DNA of 64,000 nucleotides from Pocillopora damicornis (Eukaryota): NCBI RefSeq assembly GCF_003704095.1, contig NW_020844790.1, positions 248,001 to 312,000 of the forward strand, read 5' to 3'. Shown piece by piece: positions 52,263 to 63,539 of this stretch (position 1 is its first letter; each line of letters starts with the position of its first letter). The notes under the pieces were generated by a model. It saw only the letters and a program-made list of their open reading frames with translations, ran no database searches and was not told where the DNA came from. The position numbers and the translations under genes were made by a program.

Positions 52263-54311
52263 GCAAGGATTTGGGAAACAGAGAGATAACCGTTATCACC
52301 GAGAACAGTGCTTCCATAGCATATGGACTGACCTTGATTAGCATTAATTTCAGTTCCCCTTCAGACCATTTTATGTAGAGCTTTAAACAGATTAATATAT
52401 ACCTTGCAGTACTCTCAAAGTTAATAGCTTTTAGAGTTGGTTTTAGTTATGTTTTCCACAGTCAACATTGCTCTCTTCTATTACATTTTTATTTACTTCG
52501 ACTCTTATCAAACAGTAATGGTAATTTATTGTAGTTTTAATTATGGTATGCGTTTGAACACCTACTGTTAAGCACCATTATCATCCAGGAACTATCACTG
52601 AACTGTTCATGACTTGGAGACTATATTACTTCATTCATCCCTGCATGTATTCATTTTAAGATTTCAATTCATTGCGTGATTTTATTGCATAATTATGTCT
52701 ACCGGAGAAGAAAATATTTCAAATTTGCAATTTTGAAAATATGTAATCGGGATTAAAGTGGTAGTATAAACAAATGAATAAATAAACCACTAATACTATA
52801 ATCGAGTAGCCATTCAAAGACTTGAATAGTCTTGTATTAGTTGACCATCAAATAAAGTTACATTAAATGTCTTTTCTCATGTATTTTGTTTTTGGTTAGT
52901 CTAGTTTTCGAGTTCACGAAGCTGTTCTTAACCAACCTTATATTGTGGGCTTGTTTATCTGATATTTTATAGGGTTACTTTTGCATATTGTATATCTTGC
53001 CTTGGCTAGTAATTTCAAAGTGTATCTGTCAGCATGTCTACCCATAATCGTCTTTCAGCACCTGGCTTCAACTCGTTTTGTATCCGTTCGTTTGGCTTCG
53101 AATGGCGCTTTAAGACATGTGACTTCGTCCAGTAAAACCTATATCACTTTTGTGAGCGAAGAGAGGAATTTTATCGCTAATTGCTAGGTTAGGTAAAGCT
53201 TTATGACACAGCGGGAAGGGTAGGGAGTTCTCAGGTGAATCCGTGAATTGAACTTATTAGAGGCATGCTCTTCTCCAAAGTGGAACATCTAATTGCATTA
53301 CCATTGTCTTCTGAAAATATTTCAAGCAACAGAGGAAAGTTTAGGGAAGAATGCAATATTAAATAAAGAGATTTTTATGCTTCAAATACTTCTGCTTTGC
53401 TGCGCCTTTTGAAACAAAGAGAACTCGATTTAAGAGACAATCAGCGAGTGATCATCATTTCATGGCAAACTTTAAAAAGTACATAAAAATCCTTCGATTA
53501 AGGAACAAGACCTTTTAAACCCTATCAATTGTACACATGCACATTCGTCCCAAAGGTTCGCATCAGATTCAGATAGTTATATGAGAAGCATGATTCTCAG
53601 TGACATCAATAAATCGCATGTTACTTAATTGCGCAAATGTTTCCCGATCGCGAGTAAATTCGATGCTTAGCTAATCGACCTTGTTGACCGTGACTTTTCA
53701 GTGAGACTTCCTGCTAAAAAGGGAAGACCTCCAAAGCTCATTTGGCGAAGTAAGGAAAGATTCTTCCGACAGCGCTGATAAAGTTCAGATTTTAAAACCT
53801 GCTTAGACATAGTCCCGCCTTTTACCCGGGAAATGAGGTCAATCTCACAGAGGTTTTCGCCGATTTTTTACGCCGGGCGAAAGCAACGACAAATGGAAAG
53901 TAGCCATTACCCTGTCGTAACAAGCACCAAAGGCCGCTCAAATGGTAACGGGGTTCCTTACTTTATGGATTTTATGGGTAATTATGAAACTTACACTTAA
54001 AACATCTACTGAATGTCTTCATTCATTTATTGAACCAATGATAACTGTCTTTCGGTTCCAGCTTAATAACAATGGGAAAGATTCAGCAATCATGTCTGAC
54101 AAATTCTCACATTACAAAATACTGGTTATATCGCGTGTGTGTTTTCACTGATAGATATCAAGTGCACGCCAGTTCGTTTAAAGAACGGTAACCTACTTGA
54201 ATTACAAGGTAGAACCACACTGGTATATTCATCACAAGTCTTCATATCCAGTTTCATATTTAAAATATATTGAAATGAATCTTTTTCGAGATGCATTCTA
54301 GAATGGATATT

Positions 54312-57050
54312 CTATTTTGTATTCTGCGTGCGTTCACAGTAATATCCACCCATTTTGCTTTCCGAGTCTGCCGGACATCCAGTACATGTGCTGCTTCTCC
54401 ATTCTGGTCGATACTCATTTGCATTGCTGCAACATCCAAACGCTGATTCGTCCCTTCGATAAACACGGGAGCGCTTTCTGATTCCAGGTGGGAAACGTAG
54501 ATTTACTTTTGCAATTACGAGAAGATTAGTGGCAGGGTGGAGTTCATGCCAGTTAAGTCTTTTTGCACCGCTTTCTACAGACAAACTCAAGTCCCAGCGT
54601 GACAAGATAGTGGGCATGACACGTGATTTCGATACCCTGGAAGTGGTGTCACAAATGAAAGGCAAGTTATCACAGAGACTGTAGGGATTTGCAATTTCTT
54701 TTCCTGTAGGGCATTTTGCTGGGTCGTATCCTTCTTCGTATACAGTGACGTATTCGCTATTTTCAAGAGGCAGCACGTACTTCAGTTTAGAGGTTTCATC
54801 TACGAAGCTTCCCTCCTTCGCAGTGAGCTGGATGCGTGTTTTGTAGTGCTTCGTTCTGGTTGTTAATACTGCATAGTCCTCGAGGGGTAAATATATCTTG
54901 AAACTCTCCACAAAGGGTGCTATGATTTCCCCACTTGTTAACCAGTTGAAGTGGTTCAGCCATGTTTCATTGGCGGGCAGGCGGAAGGTTACTTTGCGGT
55001 TTGGTGCGAGGGAAGCTAGATTGATGTAACCCTCGTCTCCTGGAAATTGCGGTTTTGTGGGTAGATAAACAAAACGCTCTTCAATGTCATAGAATGTGTT
55101 AGGCTCGTAAGCAATTAAGCTGTCTATCTCACTTTCAGTAAAGAGTTCTTTTGAGGAGCAGGCAACAATTGTTTTGCCGTGGTTCAAGTATTCCAGCTTG
55201 TCGCAATATAAGGAGGCCTCAGACTGGAGTCTTGACTGTGTCTTGAAGAAGATTAACATCAGTTCGCTATAGCGTCCATGATTAGTATCGATATCAATGG
55301 TCTTCGCGAGCTCAGTGCCAATGTGCGAGCGAATAATTTTGGCGAGCGCATCAACTAGATCGAATTGAAAATTGAAAATGCTTTCTCTAGTTGCAAAGAA
55401 CTCAGCTAGTGTCCCATCAAGTTTCTCGCAAGTTAAACCAACAGCAGTTTGCGCCAGAGAGGCAGCAATGCCCTCTGGACCAGCCAAGAGATCACAAGCT
55501 TTTCCTTTATAAGCAGCCCATAGTTCATTATTTTTTTCCAGTAGATCTTCATCAACTTTCGGCGTGTACCCACCGTAGGCTTCTATGAACTTTAATCCCT
55601 CTAACCCAGAGTCTCCACCATTACCGGACTTAATGTCCTCGACAATCTCTTCCAGGTTAACTATCTGGCCTGCATTATCCTCAAAAGACTCCTTTAGTTT
55701 CAACGTGTCCGCCTTGAGGTTGTTAACCTCGGTGCTGAGACTTACAATCTCGACGCCTGTTATAATATTATCGGCCAAACCCTTTCCTAGAGCACTGAGG
55801 CCTTCAGCAAACAAGTTTTCCATCTGTTGAGCAATATTAGCCCCAATTGCAACATCCTTCACGAGGTCGAAGTCTTCCTGAAACTTCTTCAACAGATCGT
55901 CATAATTTTCCTGAAATTCTATTAGTTTGGCTTTAATGAATTCTACATCTTTTGTGGCAATACCCTGGTCGTATTTTTGTAGTGTCGTAAAATACTTGGA
56001 AAATTCACCAGAGTGTGTTCTGATTTGTTCGTCTACATCCTCGATGCTTGCTAAGAGTTTCAGTTGGTGCAAAGCATCCTTTTTAAGCTCCATCATGTGA
56101 CCGTGGTTAAGTCTTCCCTCTTGTCGTAAGTTTCGTGATGAAATCGTGGGATGTCTCCGAGCCTCCTGTAAGTTTTTAAGCAGCACATATTCCAGGTATA
56201 TATAACCAACAGGGCACATTTTCTCTGATTTCAGTTCGTTGCAAGCCAGAACACCGAATTTAGCTACATCTTCGTACTCGTTAAATGCGCTCAGAGCGGA
56301 TGGTACATCTAACTTCGAAAATATCTTTCCTGTACTCTGCATGTTGCTAAAAGTGGTGCTCCAGTCTAAGGTTGTACTAACGTAAGCACCTATTTTGAAC
56401 GCTGTGGCCTCTACACGTTTAAAGTGTTGCAAAATTTTCTGTTCGCCTGGACGGCAAAGACTGTTCGACAAGAAAGCACTTACTTCATGCCATAAAACAG
56501 CTGCCATTTTTGGGACAGCCTTAATAACATTGCACCCGTTGCCGTTAGCACAAGCAACGCTTCCCCTGTGACATTCATTGGCGTTAATGCATAATACATC
56601 TGTTTTGAATTCGTAAGAGATTTCTTGAAAACTGTTACACATGGAAACCAGATTATTTCCTCTCCTCAACTTATCTAGTAATGATTTGAGAACGAAGTGA
56701 GTTGTGAAGTCGCTATTTGAATAGAGGCTGTCCACTTCGGTCTTCATGTTTCCGTATGCCGTCATGATGCGGTTACTTTCTCTTTGTTGAATTGTTCCTT
56801 TGGTTCTGTCAATATTCTGGAAACCTTTCAACTCATTTACGAGACTCTGTAGTTTTTCAATTATATCTTTAGTATCTTGGCTAGTCAAGCTGTTACTGTT
56901 CTTGTGGCGAGATACCTCGGTGATCATTTCCTTCATTTTTGTCAGCGCATGGTGGAGCTTGTCTTGCCATAGTGGACTTGTACTCAATGTTCCAGAAATA
57001 GCGTTGAGCATCAACAAAAGCAGCGATGTCCTTCCCACCGAGAAGCTCAT
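54312..57050 (-). CDS. Large secreted Cys-containing protein, 912 aa, intronless CDS, unknown family (paralog 2)
   Basis: 2.7-kb ORF with signal peptide MSFSVGRTSLLLLMLNAISG and 20 Cys. Minus-strand AATAAA at 54026-54031. Same conserved blocks as paralog 1. Confidence 0.93.
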   Translation of the reverse strand: MSFSVGRTSLLLLMLNAISGTLSTSPLWQDKLHHALTKMKEMITEVSRHKNSNSLTSQDTKDIIEKLQSLVNELKGFQNIDRTKGTIQQRESNRIMTAYGNMKTEVDSLYSNSDFTTHFVLKSLLDKLRRGNNLVSMCNSFQEISYEFKTDVLCINANECHRGSVACANGNGCNVIKAVPKMAAVLWHEVSAFLSNSLCRPGEQKILQHFKRVEATAFKIGAYVSTTLDWSTTFSNMQSTGKIFSKLDVPSALSAFNEYEDVAKFGVLACNELKSEKMCPVGYIYLEYVLLKNLQEARRHPTISSRNLRQEGRLNHGHMMELKKDALHQLKLLASIEDVDEQIRTHSGEFSKYFTTLQKYDQGIATKDVEFIKAKLIEFQENYDDLLKKFQEDFDLVKDVAIGANIAQQMENLFAEGLSALGKGLADNIITGVEIVSLSTEVNNLKADTLKLKESFEDNAGQIVNLEEIVEDIKSGNGGDSGLEGLKFIEAYGGYTPKVDEDLLEKNNELWAAYKGKACDLLAGPEGIAASLAQTAVGLTCEKLDGTLAEFFATRESIFNFQFDLVDALAKIIRSHIGTELAKTIDIDTNHGRYSELMLIFFKTQSRLQSEASLYCDKLEYLNHGKTIVACSSKELFTESEIDSLIAYEPNTFYDIEERFVYLPTKPQFPGDEGYINLASLAPNRKVTFRLPANETWLNHFNWLTSGEIIAPFVESFKIYLPLEDYAVLTTRTKHYKTRIQLTAKEGSFVDETSKLKYVLPLENSEYVTVYEEGYDPAKCPTGKEIANPYSLCDNLPFICDTTSRVSKSRVMPTILSRWDLSLSVESGAKRLNWHELHPATNLLVIAKVNLRFPPGIRKRSRVYRRDESAFGCCSNANEYRPEWRSSTCTGCPADSESKMGGYYCERTQNTK

Positions 57051-59780
57051 GACGAGTTTCCAGCTACAACTGAGTATAGCAAAGCGACTGCCGAGTACAA
57101 ACTCCTAGTGAATAAAACAGATCGAAACCTTGCCATGAGTCATACGAACGTCACCAGAAGAGCAATTTTAAAGGAAGGACTAGTTAACGATAAAAGCAAC
57201 TTAGAAGACCTAAATTACATACGTGTATTTCCTAGAAGTCTTTTCCTAGAAATGGAAGTCTGAAACAGAAAGTTGCAATGTTTTAAAATACTTGGAGCAT
57301 TCATCAAAATATGTTCTGATTTATGCGTCTACATCCAAATATCCAACATAAAAAGTTATGGAGGTTAATTTTGCTTAAAATATTTGTGGTACTCCGTGTT
57401 AACTATTTGTGGATGAAAAAAAAGAGATCTAATTTTTTTTCACCTTCTACGTATAGAATAGTCATACTGTTCAATACAAAACAAAAAGCAAACAAAAGTA
57501 AAACAAAGATAAAAGCAGTAAATTTCTTATAATTTAGTAAAAGCTTTCTAGCAGCAGTCGTACATTATCAAGAGTTAGATTTACCTCTCTACAACTGGTT
57601 GTTGGCTCTATAATTATTGTGACAGCGTACAAAATGCATCATTATTTACTGTCGCTTTAATGTATAGAAACCTCACTCAAACAGAAGGCATTTAAAAAAC
57701 ACTTAACTGCGTCGTCAAATAAGAAATAACGGAAATTTTAAAAAGTAGTTTTCCATATTTTTTCCTGAAACAAAAAGTATCCATGAACCTGACAAGGCCA
57801 GTCATTTGTTGAAAAGATACATTTTCAAGAAAGAAATATATTCTTTTTTTACTCGATAAAATTATCATCACTGCTCACCTTTTCAGCTTCCAAAAATTTT
57901 AAAGGTTCCACCGACTTTACTAATTAGACTTAAATGTCTGTCTTATGGTGGTTGAGCGTCAAAGGGCAATCTTAACAATGGTCAGAACAGTCTTACATGT
58001 TGGGAGAAAAATGTTACTTCATTTCTCTCACATTACAAAACAACCGGTAACGTTAATTTTGCTCTTCAAAAAGTACCAAAGCTTTGCTTTCAGTGAAGCA
58101 CTAAGCTGGTGTTTCACGCTTTTTTTCCGACAAAGTTTCGTGGCTAATTTATGACCGGTCAGTAAATCTCTTAAGTGTTGCATCTTGTTCTTAAAATTTA
58201 TCGAATGAGTGTGACTTATAAATTGGGAACACACAACTACGGATCATAAAGCAAGTCTTGTATCAAAGTTATCTCGCAATGACGGCTTCATAAGTTATTT
58301 ATAAAGCATATGTCACGGTTTTCATTTGTAGGTTCCTCTGTTCCATTTGCAACTGTTGAAACATTATATTTACTATAACCTGTCAACCAGAAAAATGTCG
58401 CGTTGCTTTTATTATTTTTTAATTGAGCGTTGCAAAACGATTTTGGATTAGAGAGGCTGATTCGTATCTCCTATACGTAGTGATTAAAGCATATTGTTTT
58501 CAAGTAACGTGTTCGCTTTTGCTACCACATTGGTCATGCGTATCGTTAATGTACACACACCAAAATACTGGAAGTAAGTAACTCTTCACTTAGATAACTT
58601 GAAAAAAAATCGCGCGCTGAAACTTCGAAAAGTTTGAAGTATTGACCAAGTCTTAATTATTCTTCGCAATACGAGAAAAAAACAAACAAACAAAAACAAA
58701 ACCAAACCAAAACGAAACGGAAGCAAACAAATATAACAAAAGAAATCTTTCAACTGGCTGAGTTTTTTGTCATCGCATATTCTTTTAGGTTCAATTGCTC
58801 CTCAGAGAGCTTGAACTCAAATGGAAAAACAAAACAAAAAAAAGAAAAAGAATACTCCTACTTTTACTTTCCACTGCTACACAGAATGATTATAATTCGA
58901 GTTCAAGAAAACGTAGCAAAACTTATCAGCTAAATAAGACTTCTTAAAAGTGCTTAATTTTAAAAACACAAAATCGACTGGATATTTCTTTCGAAACAAT
59001 GGTGCATTTGAAAGTTATAATTTTACTGTTTCATTTTTAAATTTGACTTTTTTTTTGTAGAACAGGCCAGGTTTTTTATATTCGTCATCACCATTAAGTC
59101 ATGTCCTAGTTAAATTAAATGAACGAAATTAGGAGTAAACTGATTGGACCCTACATCGAAGATACTTACAAGACACCTGTTTGTCTTGTTTACTGGTACC
59201 TGTTTATGCTGTTCTTGCGTCGTGTCAAAAAGGTTATAGAAAAAACTGATGGAAGAGAGTAACATTGACCCTAAACAAAGCTCCGTCAAGAAAAGTTTCA
59301 TCTCGTACCTTTATTTGGCAGATTTCCTTCTAGAAGCTAAAATACTCTTGAGGAACGAAAAGATTTAGCATTCTGTTTTAAATTTGTCGGATACTCGGTA
59401 AATAAGGTAAGGGGTTACTCTATTGACTTTTGAATCTTAACGACATGAAATGGAAGGTAAAACAGTTAGCCCATTTTATCCTTACAGGTTTTAAGCCTGG
59501 CGTTAAGATAAAAATAAAGAGAATGTAAATCTTACATTTGATTTTCCTAATGCAGCAAAAATATTTTAAATCTTGAGCAAGTAACAAAGCTCATGTTGTG
59601 AACAATCAGCTTCGAAAGGATGGCGGTGTTCGCTTCGTAACAAAAGTGAAAGAAACTGATCTTAGAGACGTAAAAAGATAAAGCAATTACTGTTGCTCAG
59701 AAAAACATCGATAGAAGCACCATGAAATTTACGTGAGTGAATTGCTATTGCGTTTTATTCCTAGGTTTCTTGTAACGAAC

Positions 59781-61169
59781 ATGAGGACTCTCGTTATCGC
59801 CACACTGCAACTGTTCATATTGTGGAACATGTCGGGTAAGAGAACTATTTGTCGTTTTGCGCAATGCCTGTCATTGTAGCTACAATTTTATTCATGATTG
59901 ATGTCCACTATAAGCTAAGCTTGTATGAGGTTACCATTCCTGATCAAGTTACTTTCAGACTCTGATACGCTCTGCCACATAGACACATTAATAGGAGTTA
60001 CATAAAGACAGGTTAACATTTTTTGTGAGACAATAATTAAGCCAACAATCAATTTAACCAAGTATCTCTTCGTTCATTCTTTGCGAAATTATATGAAAAA
60101 TTGAACAGTTACTTGAATATGAAAGCGCTCTTAGACATACAGGCCTGATGTTTGAAGTACAGGCCTGAATTTTGAAGTACAGGCCTGAATTTTGACGTAC
60201 AAGCCTGAATTTTTTCAGGCCCTTTTCTCACTACTGCTGAAGTAGTGTTCATAATTGCGAAGATCGCTTTCATATTCACGTCTTTATTCGCAGTTCAAAT
60301 AAACGACTTTCATACATTCACAGTCGTCAATAGTTACTGGCCACTTCCTGGGGCTTGCTTTGCTTTTTTACTGGTTCTCTTAAAAGTTGTATTTGCTTTC
60401 GTGAAAGGGGGAGTGAAAAGGGAAAGCCAAGAATTCATGATTCGTTCAAAGTTTATGGGTAAAAGTAGCCTCTTCCCGTTTTAGCATCATTGTCGCTGCC
60501 AATGTTATTCCCGTCCTTCCCACTGGTAAGGCCACTGTCTTCATACTTTTCCTGATCTTTGTCATTCTCATTGCCGTTGTTAAAGTTTATTCTAATGTTA
60601 TTGTAACAGATAAACTCGTAAATGGATTATGCGGCAATCCTGCAGGAAGCAATGCTATTCACAGTAACTGGGTAGCTTGCCTCAGGGCTGAGAACAATGG
60701 ATGCCCTCACAACTTTCCGGTACTTGAACAGACAGGCCTTTGCCCCAAAGGGGAAGTTTGTTGCTTTCTTCAACCAGAATTTTTCGCAGAGGTAAAGCAT
60801 ACTCAATGAGCTTCGACAACTTAATTTCTTGCAAACTAGTTTCAGTATCCATCAACTTTGAACCACCTCCTGGCCCACTAACAATCTACTAAGACATTTT
60901 TCTGAGATGTCCATTGCGTAAATATAACCACCGTTACACATGCAGCACACAATGATATATGATAAGAGCCAAATGAAAATGTGGAGCATTTTTTACAGAT
61001 CAAAACACACAGCAGTGGCGTATATTTTGCATTGTTTTCTCGTTTTTTCTTTTCTGATTTGTTTGTTTCTGTTTTTTGGCAGGCGGAGCCATATCACTGC
61101 ACATTACGAAAACGCAAGAGAAGCGTATTGGAGAAATACATTTCACATGATCATAGTCATCTTAACTAA
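59781..61169 (+). CDS. Small secreted 7-Cys peptide, paralog G (107 aa)
   Basis: Exons 59781-59835, 60610-60791, 61083-61169: MRTLVIATLQLFILWNMS|DKLVNGLCGNPAGSNAIHSNWVACLRAENNGCPHNFPVLEQTGLCPKGEVCCFLQPEFFAE|AEPYHCTLRKRKRSVLEKYISHDHSHLN*. AATAAA at 61214-61219. Confidence 0.88.
60138..60326 (+). repeat. 20-bp tandem repeat (4 units) leading into a dispersed-repeat fragment, in intron 1 of paralog G
   Basis: tacaggcctgaattttgaag repeated, then caggcctt...cactactgctgaagtagtg...cgcagttcaaat. Confidence 0.6.
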
Positions 61170-61299
61170 CGTTGTGGTGTTGTTAATTATTAATTTTATA
61201 CTCGTTATCTTTCAATAAATTTACATTAATCTTTCTACTTTCCTTATTGATATCGAAATGGTGAAAATCAAACCCCAACTTGACTAAAATTGGGGCTTG

Positions 61300-62246
61300 A
61301 GAAAAATCTGAACGGTAAGTATTCCCAGTGCAGCATCCAAGGGCTGCTTCATCTCTGAATCGCCCTATAACACACTTAACCGAAGCTTAACTTTTCCAAA
61401 GAGGTTTGTGGCGGCATTTGGAGCGTTCCAAGTCAAGTCTTCTACCCCGGACCCCTTGGTGAAGCTGATCATCTATGTGAATAAAATAGTGGGCACAAGC
61501 ACTTCAGGTTCTGGTATCACAGATTCTGGGAAGATTGTACGGAATGAACATCTCTTTCCCATAAAATCCTTCGGTGTATGTTGTGACGTAGTTGCTGTCA
61601 GCTAATGGTAGTTTGTATACGACTTCACCAGTTTCAGTGAATGAGCTGCCAGCCACCGACGTCAGCACAGCGCGGGTTTTTGAATATTCTTTATCACTTC
61701 CCGTTTCATAATATATATAGGAGGGTACTGCTTAAAACTTTGCATCAATGGTACCAAATTTTCTTCATTCGCCAACCAGTTGTAATTGCGTAACCATGAT
61801 CGCCGGGAAAAGAATCCAGTCGACAAACACTCGCCGATTTTCTTGCCCTGGTTGAGGTACTCTGACTAATCGCAATACAAGGCAGCATGTGACTGAAGGC
61901 GGTCTTGTGCCATAAAAAGGCCCAGCATAAGCTGACTTGCGATCAGAAGGTCATTAGAAACAGTTATAGATTGTGCTAGCTTCTTAGCTACTTCAACGAC
62001 GCCCGCCAGAGCATCAGCAAGATCGAATTGAAAATCAAAACTGTTATCTCTAAGAGCTGCAAATTCGGCTAAAGTTCCTTCTAGTTTTTCACACAGAAGC
62101 ATTCCCCTTAGCACACCCTGACTCGCAGAGGCGCCAATACCTAGAGCATTGAACAACAGATCGTAAGACGTGTCCTTAAACGCTGCCCACAAAGCATCAT
62201 TTTGAGTAGGACGAGCCCTCGAAACTTTTGGAGTGTAATCACTCAT
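61300..62246 (-). pseudogene. Truncated, decayed third paralog of the large secreted protein
   Basis: YTPKVS...NDALWAAFKD...LLCEKLEGTLAEFAALRDNSFDFQFDLADALA...LQSHAALYCD* then EYLNQGK, WLRNYNWL, TWNAPNAATNL, RDEAALGCCTGNTYR in shifting frames, with stops and deletions. The N-terminal half is missing. Confidence 0.88.
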
Positions 62247-62469
62247 GGAAATTTAGAGAAAATGAATAGACGTAAGAAGGAAAAAAGCGTAAAAAGAGAA
62301 ACTTTGTTTTGACCACTGTTAACTGTCACTGAAATTGGCTAAAGGTTCTCAAATTTGCTTGAATATAATTAGCCAAGCCTAAAAGAGGAGCTCCAGTTAA
62401 TTTATTTCACAGCCCTTCGCTTTGTCAAAACTCCTCTCTGGCTGGTTATTCACGAATTTAGAGACCATG

Positions 62470-62930
62470 TATTAATTATGTAGAGGGAGCAGAGGATCAA
62501 AGGTTTTTTTTTGGAATTTAAAGGGGGTTTGATCTGCTTTCGTATGTTACGGAACCCATCAAGAGAATTTTGAATAGCCACAACGTTAAAGTTGCTCAAA
62601 AACCTTTTCAGACTTTGGGGCATATTTTCGCCAAACCTAAGGATCCTGTCACGAAAGAACAACGAACCGACGCCATTTATTCTATTCCTTGCAATGACTG
62701 TGACAACGAATACATCGGACAGACCCAAATATCAGTTTAGTACACGTTTGAAAGAGCATCAAAAAGCGGTTTTCTTTTGCAAAAAAGAAAATTCAGCTTT
62801 GTCGGAGCCCACCTGCCCAACTAACCATGCAATTGGGTGGAATATTAACTCCGCCCACGCTCCTTTAAATCGTGATAATAGCGGCTTACTTCCTGACGCC
62901 TATTTACACCTAGTCAGAAAAAAAGCAGCT
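62470..62930 (+). mobile_element. Penelope-like retroelement fragment (GIY-YIG endonuclease region)
   Basis: Translation across a frameshift: EPIKRILNSHNVKVAQKPFQTLGHIFAKPKDP...DAIYSIPCNDCDNEYIGQT...FSTRLKEHQKAV...SALSE...LNRD..LLPDAYLHL. Confidence 0.85.
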
Positions 62931-63539
62931 AATACATGTAATAAGGTAACTTAAGCAAAATTGTATATTCCCTCCATTTTTATCAGTGAAAACATGCAGG
63001 CTACAGACTTGGCTGTTGCAAAAACAAACTGTTTCACAACTTTTTAGTGTTTTTAAGCTACAAAAGAATAGATATGCTGAACAGTTACATTACAAAGTTA
63101 AAAGTTTGAAAGCTGAATGGTTTACATTACACTCATGAAACCCCTCTTACCATCCGGGCAATTTAATGCCATAACTTACTTTACCCAATCATGCTTACAG
63201 AAATAATTCTTTGTCACTTTTTGGGTATATGTCCTACCAAACACGCAAATACAAACTTTTAAAGCATCTCAGGGTATATAATTGTACAGGTCTTATAGAA
63301 GGCACAGTCCTGTAAAGTAAGTGACATTTCAAATATTATCCCAGGAAACTGTAATCTTCAGATTTAAGCCAAAACTTAGGCATTTTAAAACAGAGGGCTG
63401 AGGTTTCCAACGTCACCCATGCTGTTGTTGTAGCTGAACCATCCTGTTGCAAGGGAGAACATCAGAGGTTACACACATATACAAATAAGTAACTGAATTA
63501 ACAGTTTTTAATTTAATTTAAAGAAAGCAACAAAACTTT

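Noticed and set aside
50564-57108. Short antisense ORFs overlapping the two large CDSs (similar shadows at 18186, 19168, 33309 and 44567)
   Set aside because: They are shadow frames of real coding sequence with no independent evidence.
46912-57745. Motif aaataacggaaat.t.aaa in both divergent intergenic regions and resembling the satellite
   Set aside because: It is short and AT-rich, and occurs in the same orientation where an inverted cassette predicts the opposite; likely chance.
25996-61169. Naming the peptides SCRiPs, damicornin or TGF-beta/cystine-knot proteins
   Set aside because: SCRiPs have 8 Cys and a dibasic-cleaved propeptide. Damicornin has an acidic pro-region and a different Cys pattern. 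Cystine knots need CxGxC and CxC motifs. None of these is present.
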